Notes under the pieces: generated by a model
What the model was told of the DNA's origin: nothing
The model's database searches: none
What the model saw: only the letters and a program-made list of their open reading frames with translations
Position numbers and translations under genes: made by a program
Assembly (NCBI GenBank): GCA_963665235.2
Contig: CAXXLX010000001.1
Coordinates: 3,230,031 to 3,294,030 of the forward strand
Origin: Candidatus Poribacteria bacterium
GTDB taxonomy: Bacteria > Poribacteria > WGA-4E > WGA-3G
Direction: 5' to 3'
DNA length: 64,000 bases
Shown: positions 45,470-54,855 of the stretch, piece by piece
How the letters are laid out: each line of letters opens with the position of its first letter
Numbering within the stretch: position 1 is the first letter of the stretch

Positions 45470-46861
45470 TTAGGTAACATCCCGCATAGCGCGTCTGCGC
45501 TGATCGGCGACTTGGCGTTCGCGTTCTTCGTCAGTCAGCTGGTCAACTTTTTCTGCGATTGCGGGCCGATATTCTGCAGCTTCACTTCTTCGCTTAAAGA
45601 TTCGGAAATAATCGAACCGTGTTAGGGTAGGTGGTATATTCCCTGGGCAGAGCGCGTGCAAACCGACCTGCACCTGTGGGCCCATACCGACACGGGCAAT
45701 ACCACACCCTCTCCACGTAATTCCATCCGGACTGGCGAAGCCGGAGAACTGATTGCCACGGCGTTCTATCCGTAGAAAAAGTTCACGTACCCGGCGCATC
45801 CCGCCTCTACCTACAATACCGAACTGTCGATTAACGTGTCGTTCAAATCGGACATCGCCACGGAAGGCGTGAGGGCCGGAGGTTTTCTCCAAGCGCAGGA
45901 ATTGGTTAGCGTGTTTCCAAATGATTAGGCCGCCATGTTCTCGGAGTTGGTTTGAAATCCGCATCCGGGTCTCAATAGCGAAGTCGCCTGTGACCTCCAT
46001 GAGGAGCCGTGGTGCGCTCATATCCCCGCCTCTACCGTTCGGGCCGTGCCATAAGTCTTGCCCGGGTTCAGTTCGCATTTCCAGATAGCCTTGGCGTTCT
46101 GCCCAGGAGCCTCCGCCTTGTGGGTCTTCCCAACGCCATTCGGGTCGCATATCGTTCCCGATAAATTCATCATCAAATACCATCTCTGTAAATTCACCGG
46201 AGGATGCCCACCCCTCAATTTTAATGGAGGAGATAGAATCGCCAAAACTCTGCGATAACAGGTGGAGGTTCGGGAGCTCTTTTTTGTATTCCATGGGCTC
46301 CATGCGGATAGGTAGACTCACGCCCTCAAAATCGGGGTGTTCATAGAACACAACCTCCGCACCGTCCGGAGGAAAGTCGGGACCTTTAAAAATGCGTATA
46401 GACGAAATCCTATCTTCGAACCACGACCGGCCCTGTTTATCCCGTAAGTTTGCAATGTCCCGCAAGATAGTAATCTTTCTACCCTCAAATTCCGCGTGCT
46501 CATAACAATCCACAATCATCGGAATAGTCCCCCACTCTGGTCCTACTACGTCTAAGGCTGAACCGAAGTTAATAGAGGAAATTCTATCTCCGAAATTGTA
46601 GGCTGTGTCGTGCAAATTTGGATAAAATCCGGGACCGAGTGCTAACTTTTTTCCTTTATAGTCTACATGTTGATAAAGCAGCACTTTGTAATTCGGGCTC
46701 CCTGAAAAATTCGGGCCTTTGTAAACCCGCAGCGAGGAAATATTGTCTTGAAACCCGATGAGCCGCGTATGCGGCACCGGTTCTAAGACATATCCCATTC
46801 TGCCGCGGAAGTTTGCATGTTGAAATACCTCAACGATGAGGCGTGGAATTACTATTGGCAT
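45470..46861 (-). CDS. Three beta/gamma-crystallin-like domains fused to a DUF1349/concanavalin-like domain
   Basis: 463 aa. The Greek-key pattern repeats: FQHANFRGR...ISSLRV, YQHVDYKGK...ISSINF, YEHAEFEGR...ISSIRI and YEHPDFEGV...ISSIKI. The C-terminal half has RPEWRWEDPQGGGSW...DFAIETRM. Confidence 0.65.
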   Translation of the reverse strand: MPIVIPRLIVEVFQHANFRGRMGYVLEPVPHTRLIGFQDNISSLRVYKGPNFSGSPNYKVLLYQHVDYKGKKLALGPGFYPNLHDTAYNFGDRISSINFGSALDVVGPEWGTIPMIVDCYEHAEFEGRKITILRDIANLRDKQGRSWFEDRISSIRIFKGPDFPPDGAEVVFYEHPDFEGVSLPIRMEPMEYKKELPNLHLLSQSFGDSISSIKIEGWASSGEFTEMVFDDEFIGNDMRPEWRWEDPQGGGSWAERQGYLEMRTEPGQDLWHGPNGRGGDMSAPRLLMEVTGDFAIETRMRISNQLREHGGLIIWKHANQFLRLEKTSGPHAFRGDVRFERHVNRQFGIVGRGGMRRVRELFLRIERRGNQFSGFASPDGITWRGCGIARVGMGPQVQVGLHALCPGNIPPTLTRFDYFRIFKRRSEAAEYRPAIAEKVDQLTDEERERQVADQRRRAMRDVT

Positions 46862-46942
46862 GTGTTTCTCCTATTTGTTGGATTATGTTTCAATTTAGAT
46901 TTTTATAGTGTTCTGTCCATCTCAAAAATGACTACTCGCTAT

Positions 46943-48040
46943 TTACGCTGTCCCGAGTCTCGCTTCATAGATTTGGGCGTACCCGCTCCTATCTGACGTA
47001 AACACAACGTACTGTCCATCGGGACTAAAAGAGGGATGTGGATGTGTATGCTGCGGCGCGTACACCTTAATTGGGCCATCCGCATAAGGAAATGGGCTGT
47101 TCCAATGCTCACCGATAGAGGACGCTGCAGGGTGACATAACAGCTTCGGTTCGCCAATGCCGTCGCGTGCGTCAAACGTTTGAATGCCGATATCCGGAAA
47201 GTTCGTATCGGCCACCATGACCGTTCCTGCCGGGTTGCATATCGCGTGCCATGCGTTGAACCTCGTAACCTGTCGCTCAGTGCCGGTGTCCACGTTAATA
47301 CACCGTACCCCGTTTGGCCAGTCAACAAAGGCGAGTTCTCGTGTCCCCGGAATCCACGTTTCATGCGTAATCCACTCGTTCCTTTCGACATTGCGTGCAT
47401 AAAGCCTGCGGTTCCCAGTGCCATCCCGATGAATTATCCACACGCGGTCGGTTAAGGGGCCCGCGTAATAGAGCAGGTTCGGGTCGTCAGGGCAAAATTG
47501 GAGGTGCCCGATGCTGTCCCGGCGCAGGATAATGTCGTAATCGCCGGTATCGGTATCCACAATAGCGAGTGCGGCTTCCTCACCGACGTTGAAACGGATT
47601 GCCCACCATCGGTCATCGTGGCTGACTGCTGTCGTGCCCATCGCTGCGGCAATCATCCCTTTTTCACGCATTGCAGAGGCATTGAAGTTAACCAATTCAC
47701 GCTCCGCTAACGTTTCCAAATCGAGCTGCCATCCGCTGGTACCAGCAGTGAAGAATACGGCCGCTCCGTTCCGAGCAGGGTGCACTGACCATTCACTGAT
47801 ATCGTCTCTGTCTGTCAACTGGCGGAGTTCACTTGTGCTCCGTTCCTCGGCGAAAATCTGCGGTGTGCCGGTGCGGTGCGATACAAAAATTAACCGTTGC
47901 ATCGCGTTATCATACGCTGGAATGATAAAGAACGGATGGTGATGCACAGCTGAAGCCATCGTTACCTGCCGGATGTGTGTCCCGGTACATCTATCGTAGA
48001 ATGTTCGAGATTCAGATGGATAAATCGTGCCTTTTGCCAT
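46943..48040 (-). CDS. Oligogalacturonate lyase-like beta-propeller protein
   Basis: 365 aa. The N-terminal FYDRCTGTHIRQVT...HHHPFFIIPAYDNAMQRLIFVSHRTGTPQIF resembles the PL22 family. Confidence 0.5.
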   Translation of the reverse strand: MAKGTIYPSESRTFYDRCTGTHIRQVTMASAVHHHPFFIIPAYDNAMQRLIFVSHRTGTPQIFAEERSTSELRQLTDRDDISEWSVHPARNGAAVFFTAGTSGWQLDLETLAERELVNFNASAMREKGMIAAAMGTTAVSHDDRWWAIRFNVGEEAALAIVDTDTGDYDIILRRDSIGHLQFCPDDPNLLYYAGPLTDRVWIIHRDGTGNRRLYARNVERNEWITHETWIPGTRELAFVDWPNGVRCINVDTGTERQVTRFNAWHAICNPAGTVMVADTNFPDIGIQTFDARDGIGEPKLLCHPAASSIGEHWNSPFPYADGPIKVYAPQHTHPHPSFSPDGQYVVFTSDRSGYAQIYEARLGTA

Positions 48041-48061
48041 CTATCTGTTCCTTATCACACC

Positions 48062-49150
48062 TTACCACTCTATATCCTCTATGGATTGTGCCTCTAATGC
48101 TTGTGTGAATATGGCATCGAGGCGTTTGAGGCTGCGCATCCTCCCGATTTTACGGGTAAGTTCATCAGGAACATCGTCAAAACGTGTGTGTATGGTTTTC
48201 AGGGTATCCTCACGTTTCGCACGAACCACACCGATTTCTATACCGCGTTTTTCACCGGCTTCCATACCTTCTTCAAAAAGAGATTGGGCTATCGTTTGCA
48301 CCTTCGATTCCTCCTTCGCTCTAAGCGATTTATCTTCTATCAAATCGTGAATCGTATGAACTAAACCTTCACGCTCTTCACGCTCCCTACGACCGTATAT
48401 CAACATATAAATATACGACAAAACTTTGTCACGCTGACCTACTTCATCAGGACCAAGCGATAGCAGGCGCTCCACTACAGAAACTATTGCCGAACGCAAC
48501 GCCGCCTCACTTCCATGTTCTTGTTGTAATACCGTCAACGCCCACCCAAACAGATGATCTGGCTGAGTTAATGTCGCCGCCTCGGTGTGCTTCACATCTA
48601 AAAGCAGAAAACGACACTCCGGAACATATACCCTGAAAGGATTAAACGGATTTGCCAACTCACGCAACGACAACGGAACTGACCATTTCCGGTCTCCTGT
48701 GTAAAATACTATACCAATCACTGCCGGCAAACCCCACTCATCCTGAGGGTGCTCCTGCAATCCATAATCCTGTAGATGCACAGACCATACCTGCATCATA
48801 TACGCGTGTAGACGATACGCCATTTTCCGATCAACCGTCGATTGATGTTCTACCAGCACATAAACAGGCAACGTCTCACGTTCTGAAGCTGATACGCTAT
48901 CCTTCTGAATTGGGATACTATACAGCAAATCCGACACATGTTTTCGCAGATTCTCCGGGATGAAAGTTGTATCCTGCCGAACAGCATTCTTAAAATCGAG
49001 ATGCGGCACAACGGCACTGTCAAGGATTTCAAGTAACCCTCTCACATTCTGCGAATTGTCAACAAACCAAAGCGAGCTCAGCTCCGGAAATTGCCGTAAG
49101 GCTGAATAATCAAGCGCATTGAACATACTGATTATTTTATTTTTATTCAT
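48062..49150 (-). CDS. Rpn/YhgA-like recombination-promoting nuclease (PD-(D/E)xK putative transposase)
   Basis: 362 aa. DLLYSIPI...LPVYVLVEHQSTVDRKMAYRLHAYMMQVW matches the family core. Confidence 0.7.
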   Translation of the reverse strand: MNKNKIISMFNALDYSALRQFPELSSLWFVDNSQNVRGLLEILDSAVVPHLDFKNAVRQDTTFIPENLRKHVSDLLYSIPIQKDSVSASERETLPVYVLVEHQSTVDRKMAYRLHAYMMQVWSVHLQDYGLQEHPQDEWGLPAVIGIVFYTGDRKWSVPLSLRELANPFNPFRVYVPECRFLLLDVKHTEAATLTQPDHLFGWALTVLQQEHGSEAALRSAIVSVVERLLSLGPDEVGQRDKVLSYIYMLIYGRREREEREGLVHTIHDLIEDKSLRAKEESKVQTIAQSLFEEGMEAGEKRGIEIGVVRAKREDTLKTIHTRFDDVPDELTRKIGRMRSLKRLDAIFTQALEAQSIEDIEW

Positions 49151-49218
49151 AAAGTCCTTCTTGCTCTAATGAAGGGATATGCCATCAGGCAACACATGCT
49201 ACGCGTCAACCCTTCCTA

Positions 49219-49369
49219 ACGCTAGTTTGAAAAAAGTTTTGACCTAGAGCGTTCTCTGGTAGTTTTAGCAAAAAACTGCACAAACTAGGAAGTATGTGCT
49301 ACAATTATGCTGCTTTTTTCTCGGTGAAACAGGTTTAGAGCAAACGGATATTTATTATCAAGCTCACGT
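49219..49369. mobile_element. MITE-A copy 4 (151 bp, short form, degraded)
   Basis: The ends are ACGCTAGTTTGAAAAAAGTTTTG... and ...GGATATTTATTATCAAGCTCACGT. The interior is collinear with copy 1 (CAAACTAGGAAGT(A/T)TGTGCTACAATTA). The flanks share only TTCCTA, 6 of 8. Confidence 0.65.
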
Positions 49370-49554
49370 TTCCTAGCTAACCGATTATAGAATAACATAC
49401 TTTGCAGAAAACGTCAAATGGATTCTTTATATTGCAGAGACGTTTAGGCGTGATTTCCCGATGGCGATGCGCGTGTAAAGTTCTTGATACAAGGTTAGGC
49501 AGCTTTTGTTTGTGGGTAACAGTAAGCACAAGCGGGGGGGTAAACCTTATATAT

Positions 49555-49583
49555 GTAGGGGCGGATGTTAGTCGTATCCGCCC
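49555..49583 (+). repeat. GTAG-headed REP-like palindrome
   Basis: GTAGGGGCGGATGTTAGTCGTATCCGCCC lies directly downstream of the minus-strand gene that ends at 49594. Confidence 0.7.
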
Positions 49584-49593
49584 ATCTCTGCGT

Positions 49594-50598
49594 CTATTCC
49601 TCAAAAGCGGCATCGAACGCAACAGCCGAAGGCTCAAAATCGTACCCCTTCACCGCGCCGCATGCCTCCCGGGCACCATGCTCCCGGTCCATGCCGCTGT
49701 CTTCCCACTCAATTGAGAGCGGTCCGTCGTAGTTGATATTGTTAAGTGCGCGGATAATCTCTTCAAAATTGATATTCCCGCGTCCAATAGAACGAAAATC
49801 CCAGTAACGCTTTGCATCTCCGAACCCGAGGTGCCCCCCGAACACACCCGACAACCGTGGCGTGTTAGACCACCATACATCTTTCATGTGCACGTGATAA
49901 ATACGGTCGCCTAAACGTTCAATGAATGCCACATAATCAACCCCTTGGTAGCCGAGGTGGCTGGGGTCATAGTTGAAACCGAACGTTTCTCTACCGTCAA
50001 GTGCCTCAATGGCGCGTTCAGCAGTGACAATGTCAAAAGCGATTTCGGTCGGATGGACTTCAAGCCCGAACTTAACACCGACTTCATCGAAGACATCAAA
50101 GATTGGATTCCAGCGGTTCGCGAAATCTTCGAAACCTGCATCAATCTGTGCGGCATCGACCGGTGGGAAAGAGTAGAGCAGGTGCCAGATGGAGCTGCCT
50201 GTAAAACCGTTGACGACATTCACGCCAAGTCTCGCGGCGGCACGTGCGGTGTTTTTCATCTCCTCCGCAGCGCGTTCCTGAACGCCCGCGGGGTCGCCAT
50301 CCCCCCAAATCTGCTCTGAGACAATCGCTGCGTGTCGACCGTCAATGTTGTCACAAACGGCTTGTCCAACGAGGTGATTGCTTATGGACCAGACTTTCAA
50401 CCCGTATTTTGCGAGGAGGTCGTGCCTGCCTTGGCAGTAGTCGTCGTCTGTGAGTGCTTTATCCACTTCAAAATGGTCCCCCCAGCAAGCGAGTTCTAGT
50501 CCATCATATCCCCACTCACTGGCTTTCTGTGCAAGTTCTTCCAACGTTAAGTCTGCCCATTGTCCTGTAAACAGTGTAACAGGTCTTGCCATTTTCAA
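49594..50598 (-). CDS. Sugar phosphate isomerase/epimerase (xylose-isomerase-like TIM barrel)
   Basis: 334 aa with [20 protein letters not shown], paired with an upstream Gfo/Idh/MocA gene. Confidence 0.75.
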   Translation of the reverse strand: MKMARPVTLFTGQWADLTLEELAQKASEWGYDGLELACWGDHFEVDKALTDDDYCQGRHDLLAKYGLKVWSISNHLVGQAVCDNIDGRHAAIVSEQIWGDGDPAGVQERAAEEMKNTARAAARLGVNVVNGFTGSSIWHLLYSFPPVDAAQIDAGFEDFANRWNPIFDVFDEVGVKFGLEVHPTEIAFDIVTAERAIEALDGRETFGFNYDPSHLGYQGVDYVAFIERLGDRIYHVHMKDVWWSNTPRLSGVFGGHLGFGDAKRYWDFRSIGRGNINFEEIIRALNNINYDGPLSIEWEDSGMDREHGAREACGAVKGYDFEPSAVAFDAAFEE

Positions 50599-50655
50599 TC
50601 TCCTTTATCTTTTTTCTTATAGCGGGGTCTGTACCCCGATTTAAAATTTTGCTGC

Positions 50656-51828
50656 TTATACCGGGGGGGTATATCGTGCGTCGACCCAGCCGCGCTGTTT
50701 TCCGCTTTCAACAGCCGTATTGATGAAATGCACGCCGCGTGCACCGTCCTGCACCGTGGGAAAATCGGTGTCATATTCATTAGGTGATTCCCCGGCAATC
50801 TTCGCCGCCATAGTACGCGCAGCATTGACATAAATATTCGCGAACGCTTCAATAAACGCTTCGGGATGTCCAAACGGAATTCGGGAGTTGTGCTGGACAA
50901 TTTCTGAGAGGTAATCATTCCCGCGTTTGTATACCTGCTCAGGCCCATCAGGAAATCGAACGGAGAGATAATTCGGGTTTTCCTGATGCCATTCTAACGA
51001 GGCATCTGTCCCATAAACACGGATGCGTAGATTGTTCTCTTCACCCACCGAAATTTGGGAAGCAAACAGTACGCCCCGCACCCCCTCTTCGTAATGAACT
51101 AAGAGATTTCCATCATCCTCTAGCAAGCGTCCCTCTACAAAAGTCGTCATATCCGCGCAGATTTCTTCCATTTCAAGCCCGGTAATATAGTGCGCCAAAT
51201 TTTCTGCATGAGAACCGATATCTCCGATACACGACGATGCCCCCGCCTGTTTCGGGTCAGTCCGCCAGACAGCTTGCTTCGCGCCTTCGTTTTCCAGAAA
51301 CGTGGATAACCACCCCTGCGGGTATTCAACCACTATTTTTCGAAGTGTGCCCAATTTTCCCGATTTTACAAGCTCACGTGCCTGCTTTACCATCGGATAA
51401 CCTGTGTAATTATGCGTCAGTGCGAAGATAACATCGTGTGAACTGACGAGACGACAGAGGGTTTCAGCATCTTCGACCGTTGTTGTCATCGGTTTATCAC
51501 AAACAACGTGAAATCCCGCTTCAATAAAGGTTTTGGCAACATCAAAATGCACATGATTCGGGGTGACAATTGAGACAAAGTCGATCCGGTCGCCTTCGGG
51601 GAGTTGGCTCTCTTTTTCTGCCATCTCCTTATACGAACCGTAGACCCGGTCTGCGTCGAGAAAAAGTTCTGCCCCCTGCTGCCGTGATTTCTCTGGCGAG
51701 GATGAGAATGCCCCTGCAATCAGGTCTATTTCACCATCAAGTGCTGCGGCTTTCCGATGAACCGCCCCGATGAAGGCATCCGGTCCGCCGCCTACCATTC
51801 CGTAACGTATTTTCCTACCAAGTGGCAT
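50656..51828 (-). CDS. Gfo/Idh/MocA family oxidoreductase
   Basis: 390 aa with YGMVGGGPDAFIG and DKPMT. Confidence 0.85.
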   Translation of the reverse strand: MPLGRKIRYGMVGGGPDAFIGAVHRKAAALDGEIDLIAGAFSSSPEKSRQQGAELFLDADRVYGSYKEMAEKESQLPEGDRIDFVSIVTPNHVHFDVAKTFIEAGFHVVCDKPMTTTVEDAETLCRLVSSHDVIFALTHNYTGYPMVKQARELVKSGKLGTLRKIVVEYPQGWLSTFLENEGAKQAVWRTDPKQAGASSCIGDIGSHAENLAHYITGLEMEEICADMTTFVEGRLLEDDGNLLVHYEEGVRGVLFASQISVGEENNLRIRVYGTDASLEWHQENPNYLSVRFPDGPEQVYKRGNDYLSEIVQHNSRIPFGHPEAFIEAFANIYVNAARTMAAKIAGESPNEYDTDFPTVQDGARGVHFINTAVESGKQRGWVDARYTPPV

Positions 51829-52037
51829 AGTATGTAATCCCTTCCTTATTTATTTCGGTGTGTGCTGGCATTTGCAAATATATCAACACACGGGACAAAT
51901 TAATTTCACTATTTTAAGAATTATGCCATATTTCTCTATTTTTTTCAAGGTATTTTTGTTTTGGAAAAAAACTTGACGAAACTTCAAAAGATATAGTATA
52001 CTATGTAACACAGAAATTCACTAGCGGAGGAAATTTT

Positions 52038-52835
52038 ATGAATTTAATGCGAATTGGTATAGTGATCCTTGTCGCTGTCTGTTGGCTGAGCTCCCCCACT
52101 CACGCCGCTATAGATGGCAAGAATATCAGGGGGATGTGGCTCTTTGACGGGGCAGGTGACACCGCAAAAGATTCCACAAAAAACGGCAACGACGGTAAAA
52201 TCCACGGCGGAACCAAACGGGTCGATGGAAAGTTCGGAAAGGCACTTGAATTTGATGGCACAGACGGTTGGGTCGAAGTGCCACATTCGGATAGTGTCGC
52301 GTTCAAAAAAGGCACCTCTTTCACGATTACGCTCCATTTTAAAGGCACTAAAATTGGTGGTTCGCTCGTTGGCAAAAACTATGAAGATCAATCACAAGCT
52401 TTACCTTGGTACCTGCTTTGGAACGGCGGTAACAATAACATTCTATCCCTCTACCTACGCAATTCTCAAAGTCAGAACTTTAGAATTGATGGCACGTCCG
52501 ATATAGGTGATGACAAATGGCATTTTATCGCCGCCAGAGCGGATGCCGCTGCGCAAAAAATCTCTTTGTGGATAGATGGGAAACAGGAAGCCGAAGGTAA
52601 TTTTGATACCAACGATGGATACGGCACAAGTGACGGTGTGTTTCATATCGCACGACACTTTGACCGATATACCGCCGGTATCATCGACGACGTGGCACTC
52701 TTCAATATCGCCTTGAGTGAAGCCGACATGAAGACCATCATGGATAACGGCGTTGAAGAAGCTGCCGCAGTGGAACCTGTAGACAAATTAACAACCACGT
52801 GGGGCAAACTCAAACGCCACACACAAGCACAATAA
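52038..52835 (+). CDS. Secreted LamG domain protein with a KLTTTWGKLKR C-terminal tag
   Basis: 265 aa with a signal peptide. The core has MWLFDGAGDTAKDSTKNGNDGKIHGG...GKFGKALEFDG and IIDDVALFNIALSEADM. The C-terminus is AVEPVDKLTTTWGKLKRHTQAQ. Confidence 0.85.
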   Translation: MNLMRIGIVILVAVCWLSSPTHAAIDGKNIRGMWLFDGAGDTAKDSTKNGNDGKIHGGTKRVDGKFGKALEFDGTDGWVEVPHSDSVAFKKGTSFTITLHFKGTKIGGSLVGKNYEDQSQALPWYLLWNGGNNNILSLYLRNSQSQNFRIDGTSDIGDDKWHFIAARADAAAQKISLWIDGKQEAEGNFDTNDGYGTSDGVFHIARHFDRYTAGIIDDVALFNIALSEADMKTIMDNGVEEAAAVEPVDKLTTTWGKLKRHTQAQ

Positions 52836-52850
52836 GGAGAAATTTAATTT

Positions 52851-53657
52851 ATGTATCTAGCTAAAAATATGGGTGTCGCTTTAGCGATGCTGCTCGGGCT
52901 CTGTTTGCTAATACCCGCTCCTAGCTCAGCAAGCTTTGACTTCGATAACATCATGGGGATGTGGCTCTTTGACGAAGGGGAAGGGACGGTCGCAAGCGAT
53001 TCTTCAGAAAACGGAAATGATGGCACTATCCACGGCGCGACCTGGGTAAATGGCAAATTCGGAAAAGCACTCCAATTCGATGGAGCCGCGAACTGGGTTG
53101 AAGTCCCACACTCTGACACTGTCGGGTTTGAAGCCGGAACTTCGTTCACGCTCACACTGCATTTCAAAGGCACCAAGGTCGGCGGCTCACTCGCTGGCAA
53201 AAACTATGAGGATAAATCGCAAGTTTTACCGTGGTATATGCTCTGGAACGGCGGTGGCGATAACAAGGTAACCTTCTTCTTACGGAATACTGCCTCAGTC
53301 AGCTATAGACCCCAGAGCGCAACCGAAATCGGGGATGACGAATGGCACTTCGTCGCTGGCAGAGCGGACGCTGAAACAGGTAAGGTAACCTTGTGGATAG
53401 ATGGGAAACAGGAAGCCGAACTCGATTTTGACACAAACAGCGGATACGGCAACAGCGAAGGCGTATTTCACATCGGACGACACTTCGACCGATATACCGC
53501 TGGCATCATCGACGAAGTCCTCCTTTTCAATGTCGCCCTCGATGAAGCGGATATGAACGCAATTATGGAAGACGGTATCCAAACAGTTGCTGCTGTTGAA
53601 GCCTCTGGCAAACTTACAACAACCTGGGGCACACTGAAGCAACGGGTAACACGATAA
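52851..53657 (+). CDS. Secreted LamG domain protein, tandem paralog, with a KLTTTWGTLKQ C-terminal tag
   Basis: 268 aa and collinear with the preceding gene. The C-terminus is AVEASGKLTTTWGTLKQRVTR. Confidence 0.85.
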   Translation: MYLAKNMGVALAMLLGLCLLIPAPSSASFDFDNIMGMWLFDEGEGTVASDSSENGNDGTIHGATWVNGKFGKALQFDGAANWVEVPHSDTVGFEAGTSFTLTLHFKGTKVGGSLAGKNYEDKSQVLPWYMLWNGGGDNKVTFFLRNTASVSYRPQSATEIGDDEWHFVAGRADAETGKVTLWIDGKQEAELDFDTNSGYGNSEGVFHIGRHFDRYTAGIIDEVLLFNVALDEADMNAIMEDGIQTVAAVEASGKLTTTWGTLKQRVTR

Positions 53658-53666
53658 ATTGCACTG

Positions 53667-53693
53667 AGGGTGGGGTTTCAAATCCCACCCTAC
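53667..53693 (-). repeat. GTAG-headed REP-like palindrome, a possible terminator
   Basis: The minus strand reads GTAGGGTGGGATTTGAAACCCCACCCTC. Confidence 0.65.
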
Positions 53694-53751
53694 AACCGAA
53701 CGTCACAACAAAAATAGCGAAACAGAGCACTAGTTAAAGGACAGACACATC

Positions 53752-54855
53752 GTGAAGCAATTACAGACACTCTTCATATTAGCATTATTGCTACTGGCGG
53801 GCTTGAACTGTGGAACAACAGACAATCCTGTCAATCAACCCGAAGACATTGAAACGCCAACCGGCAGCCTCCAAGGCGAAGTGGCACCAATTGAGGGCAT
53901 CCCAGTCCAGGTACGTCTAATAAAAGCGGGACAACTCATCGCGCAAACTGAAATAGATAGCAGCTACGAATTTAGCGGCATTGAAGAGGGCAATTATACA
54001 ATCCAGCTCACCGCCAAAGGGTATGAAACAGTTGAAATAGACGTGACAGTCGTCGCGGAACAGACTGTACCCGTCGATAAAGTGACACTTGTGGCGTTGA
54101 CAGCCCCCGTATCACATCTACGAGGCGTTCTAACCGACGCGGAAACAGAAGCACTCCTCTCCGAAGTTAGAATTCAACTTACGGATGAAGCCGGTGAAAA
54201 ACAGGAAACGCTCACAACGAAAGATGGGGTATTCACCTTTGAGAATCTCCCGATTAATCAGACGTTTACCTTGACTGTTAAACACACCGGTTATGAAGAT
54301 AACGAAGTCAACGTAAAACCGATTCCTGCCGATGAAACCTTTGAACTGGATATAGAACTTACGCCGGTCCCCGAGCAGGAGGAGTTGGGCCCAGGGGAAG
54401 GGTTAAGTATTGGCAGTGATGCCCCAGGATTTAAACTGCCCGATGCCAATAATAAGCAGCACGCGCTTGCGGACTACATCGGCAAAAAAAATGTTGTCCT
54501 TGTGTTCTTTCGCGGCCGTTTCTGACCGTTTTGCCGAACGCAACTCGGTGAGTTGCAAGAAAATTACGGTAAAATTCAAGCCGAAGGTGCCGAACTTATC
54601 GCCATCAGCTCCGATGACGTAGCTGAGACAAAACGGACAGTTCAAAACCAAGGTATTCAATACATCATCCTTGCTGATAGCGACAAACAGGCTATTACTG
54701 CTTACAACGTCGTCGATCCGCAAAACAATCGGCTAGCACGTCCAGCAAGTTATATCCTAAAAGCAGATGGCACTATCGCTTGGAAATTTCTTGATGTCCG
54801 AGTAGATAATCGGGTGCCGACTGCACAAATTTTGAACGAATTAGGAAAACTCTGA
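53752..54855 (+). CDS. Candidate selenoprotein: lipoprotein with two CarboxypepD_reg-like domains and a peroxiredoxin/thioredoxin-fold domain carrying U-P-F-C (in-frame TGA at 54523-54525)
   Basis: ORFs 53752-54525 and 54553-54855 are in the same frame and are separated by a single TGA, with no other stop. The read-through product reads VVLVFFRGRF-U-PFCRTQLGELQENYGKIQAEGAELIAISSDD. That is the canonical VVLVFFRGxWCPxCxxQL...GAxLxAIS redoxin motif, with the TGA at the first Cys. A hairpin lies downstream of the TGA. Confidence 0.7.
54528..54575 (+). promoter_or_regulatory. Putative bacterial SECIS element
   Basis: The upper stem is GCAACT (54540-54545) paired with AGTTGC (54551-54556), with apical loop CGGTG. 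Its first G is 22 nt after the TGA. A lower stem, 54528-54536 paired with 54567-54575, has 9 pairs including 2 G-U. Confidence 0.5.
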
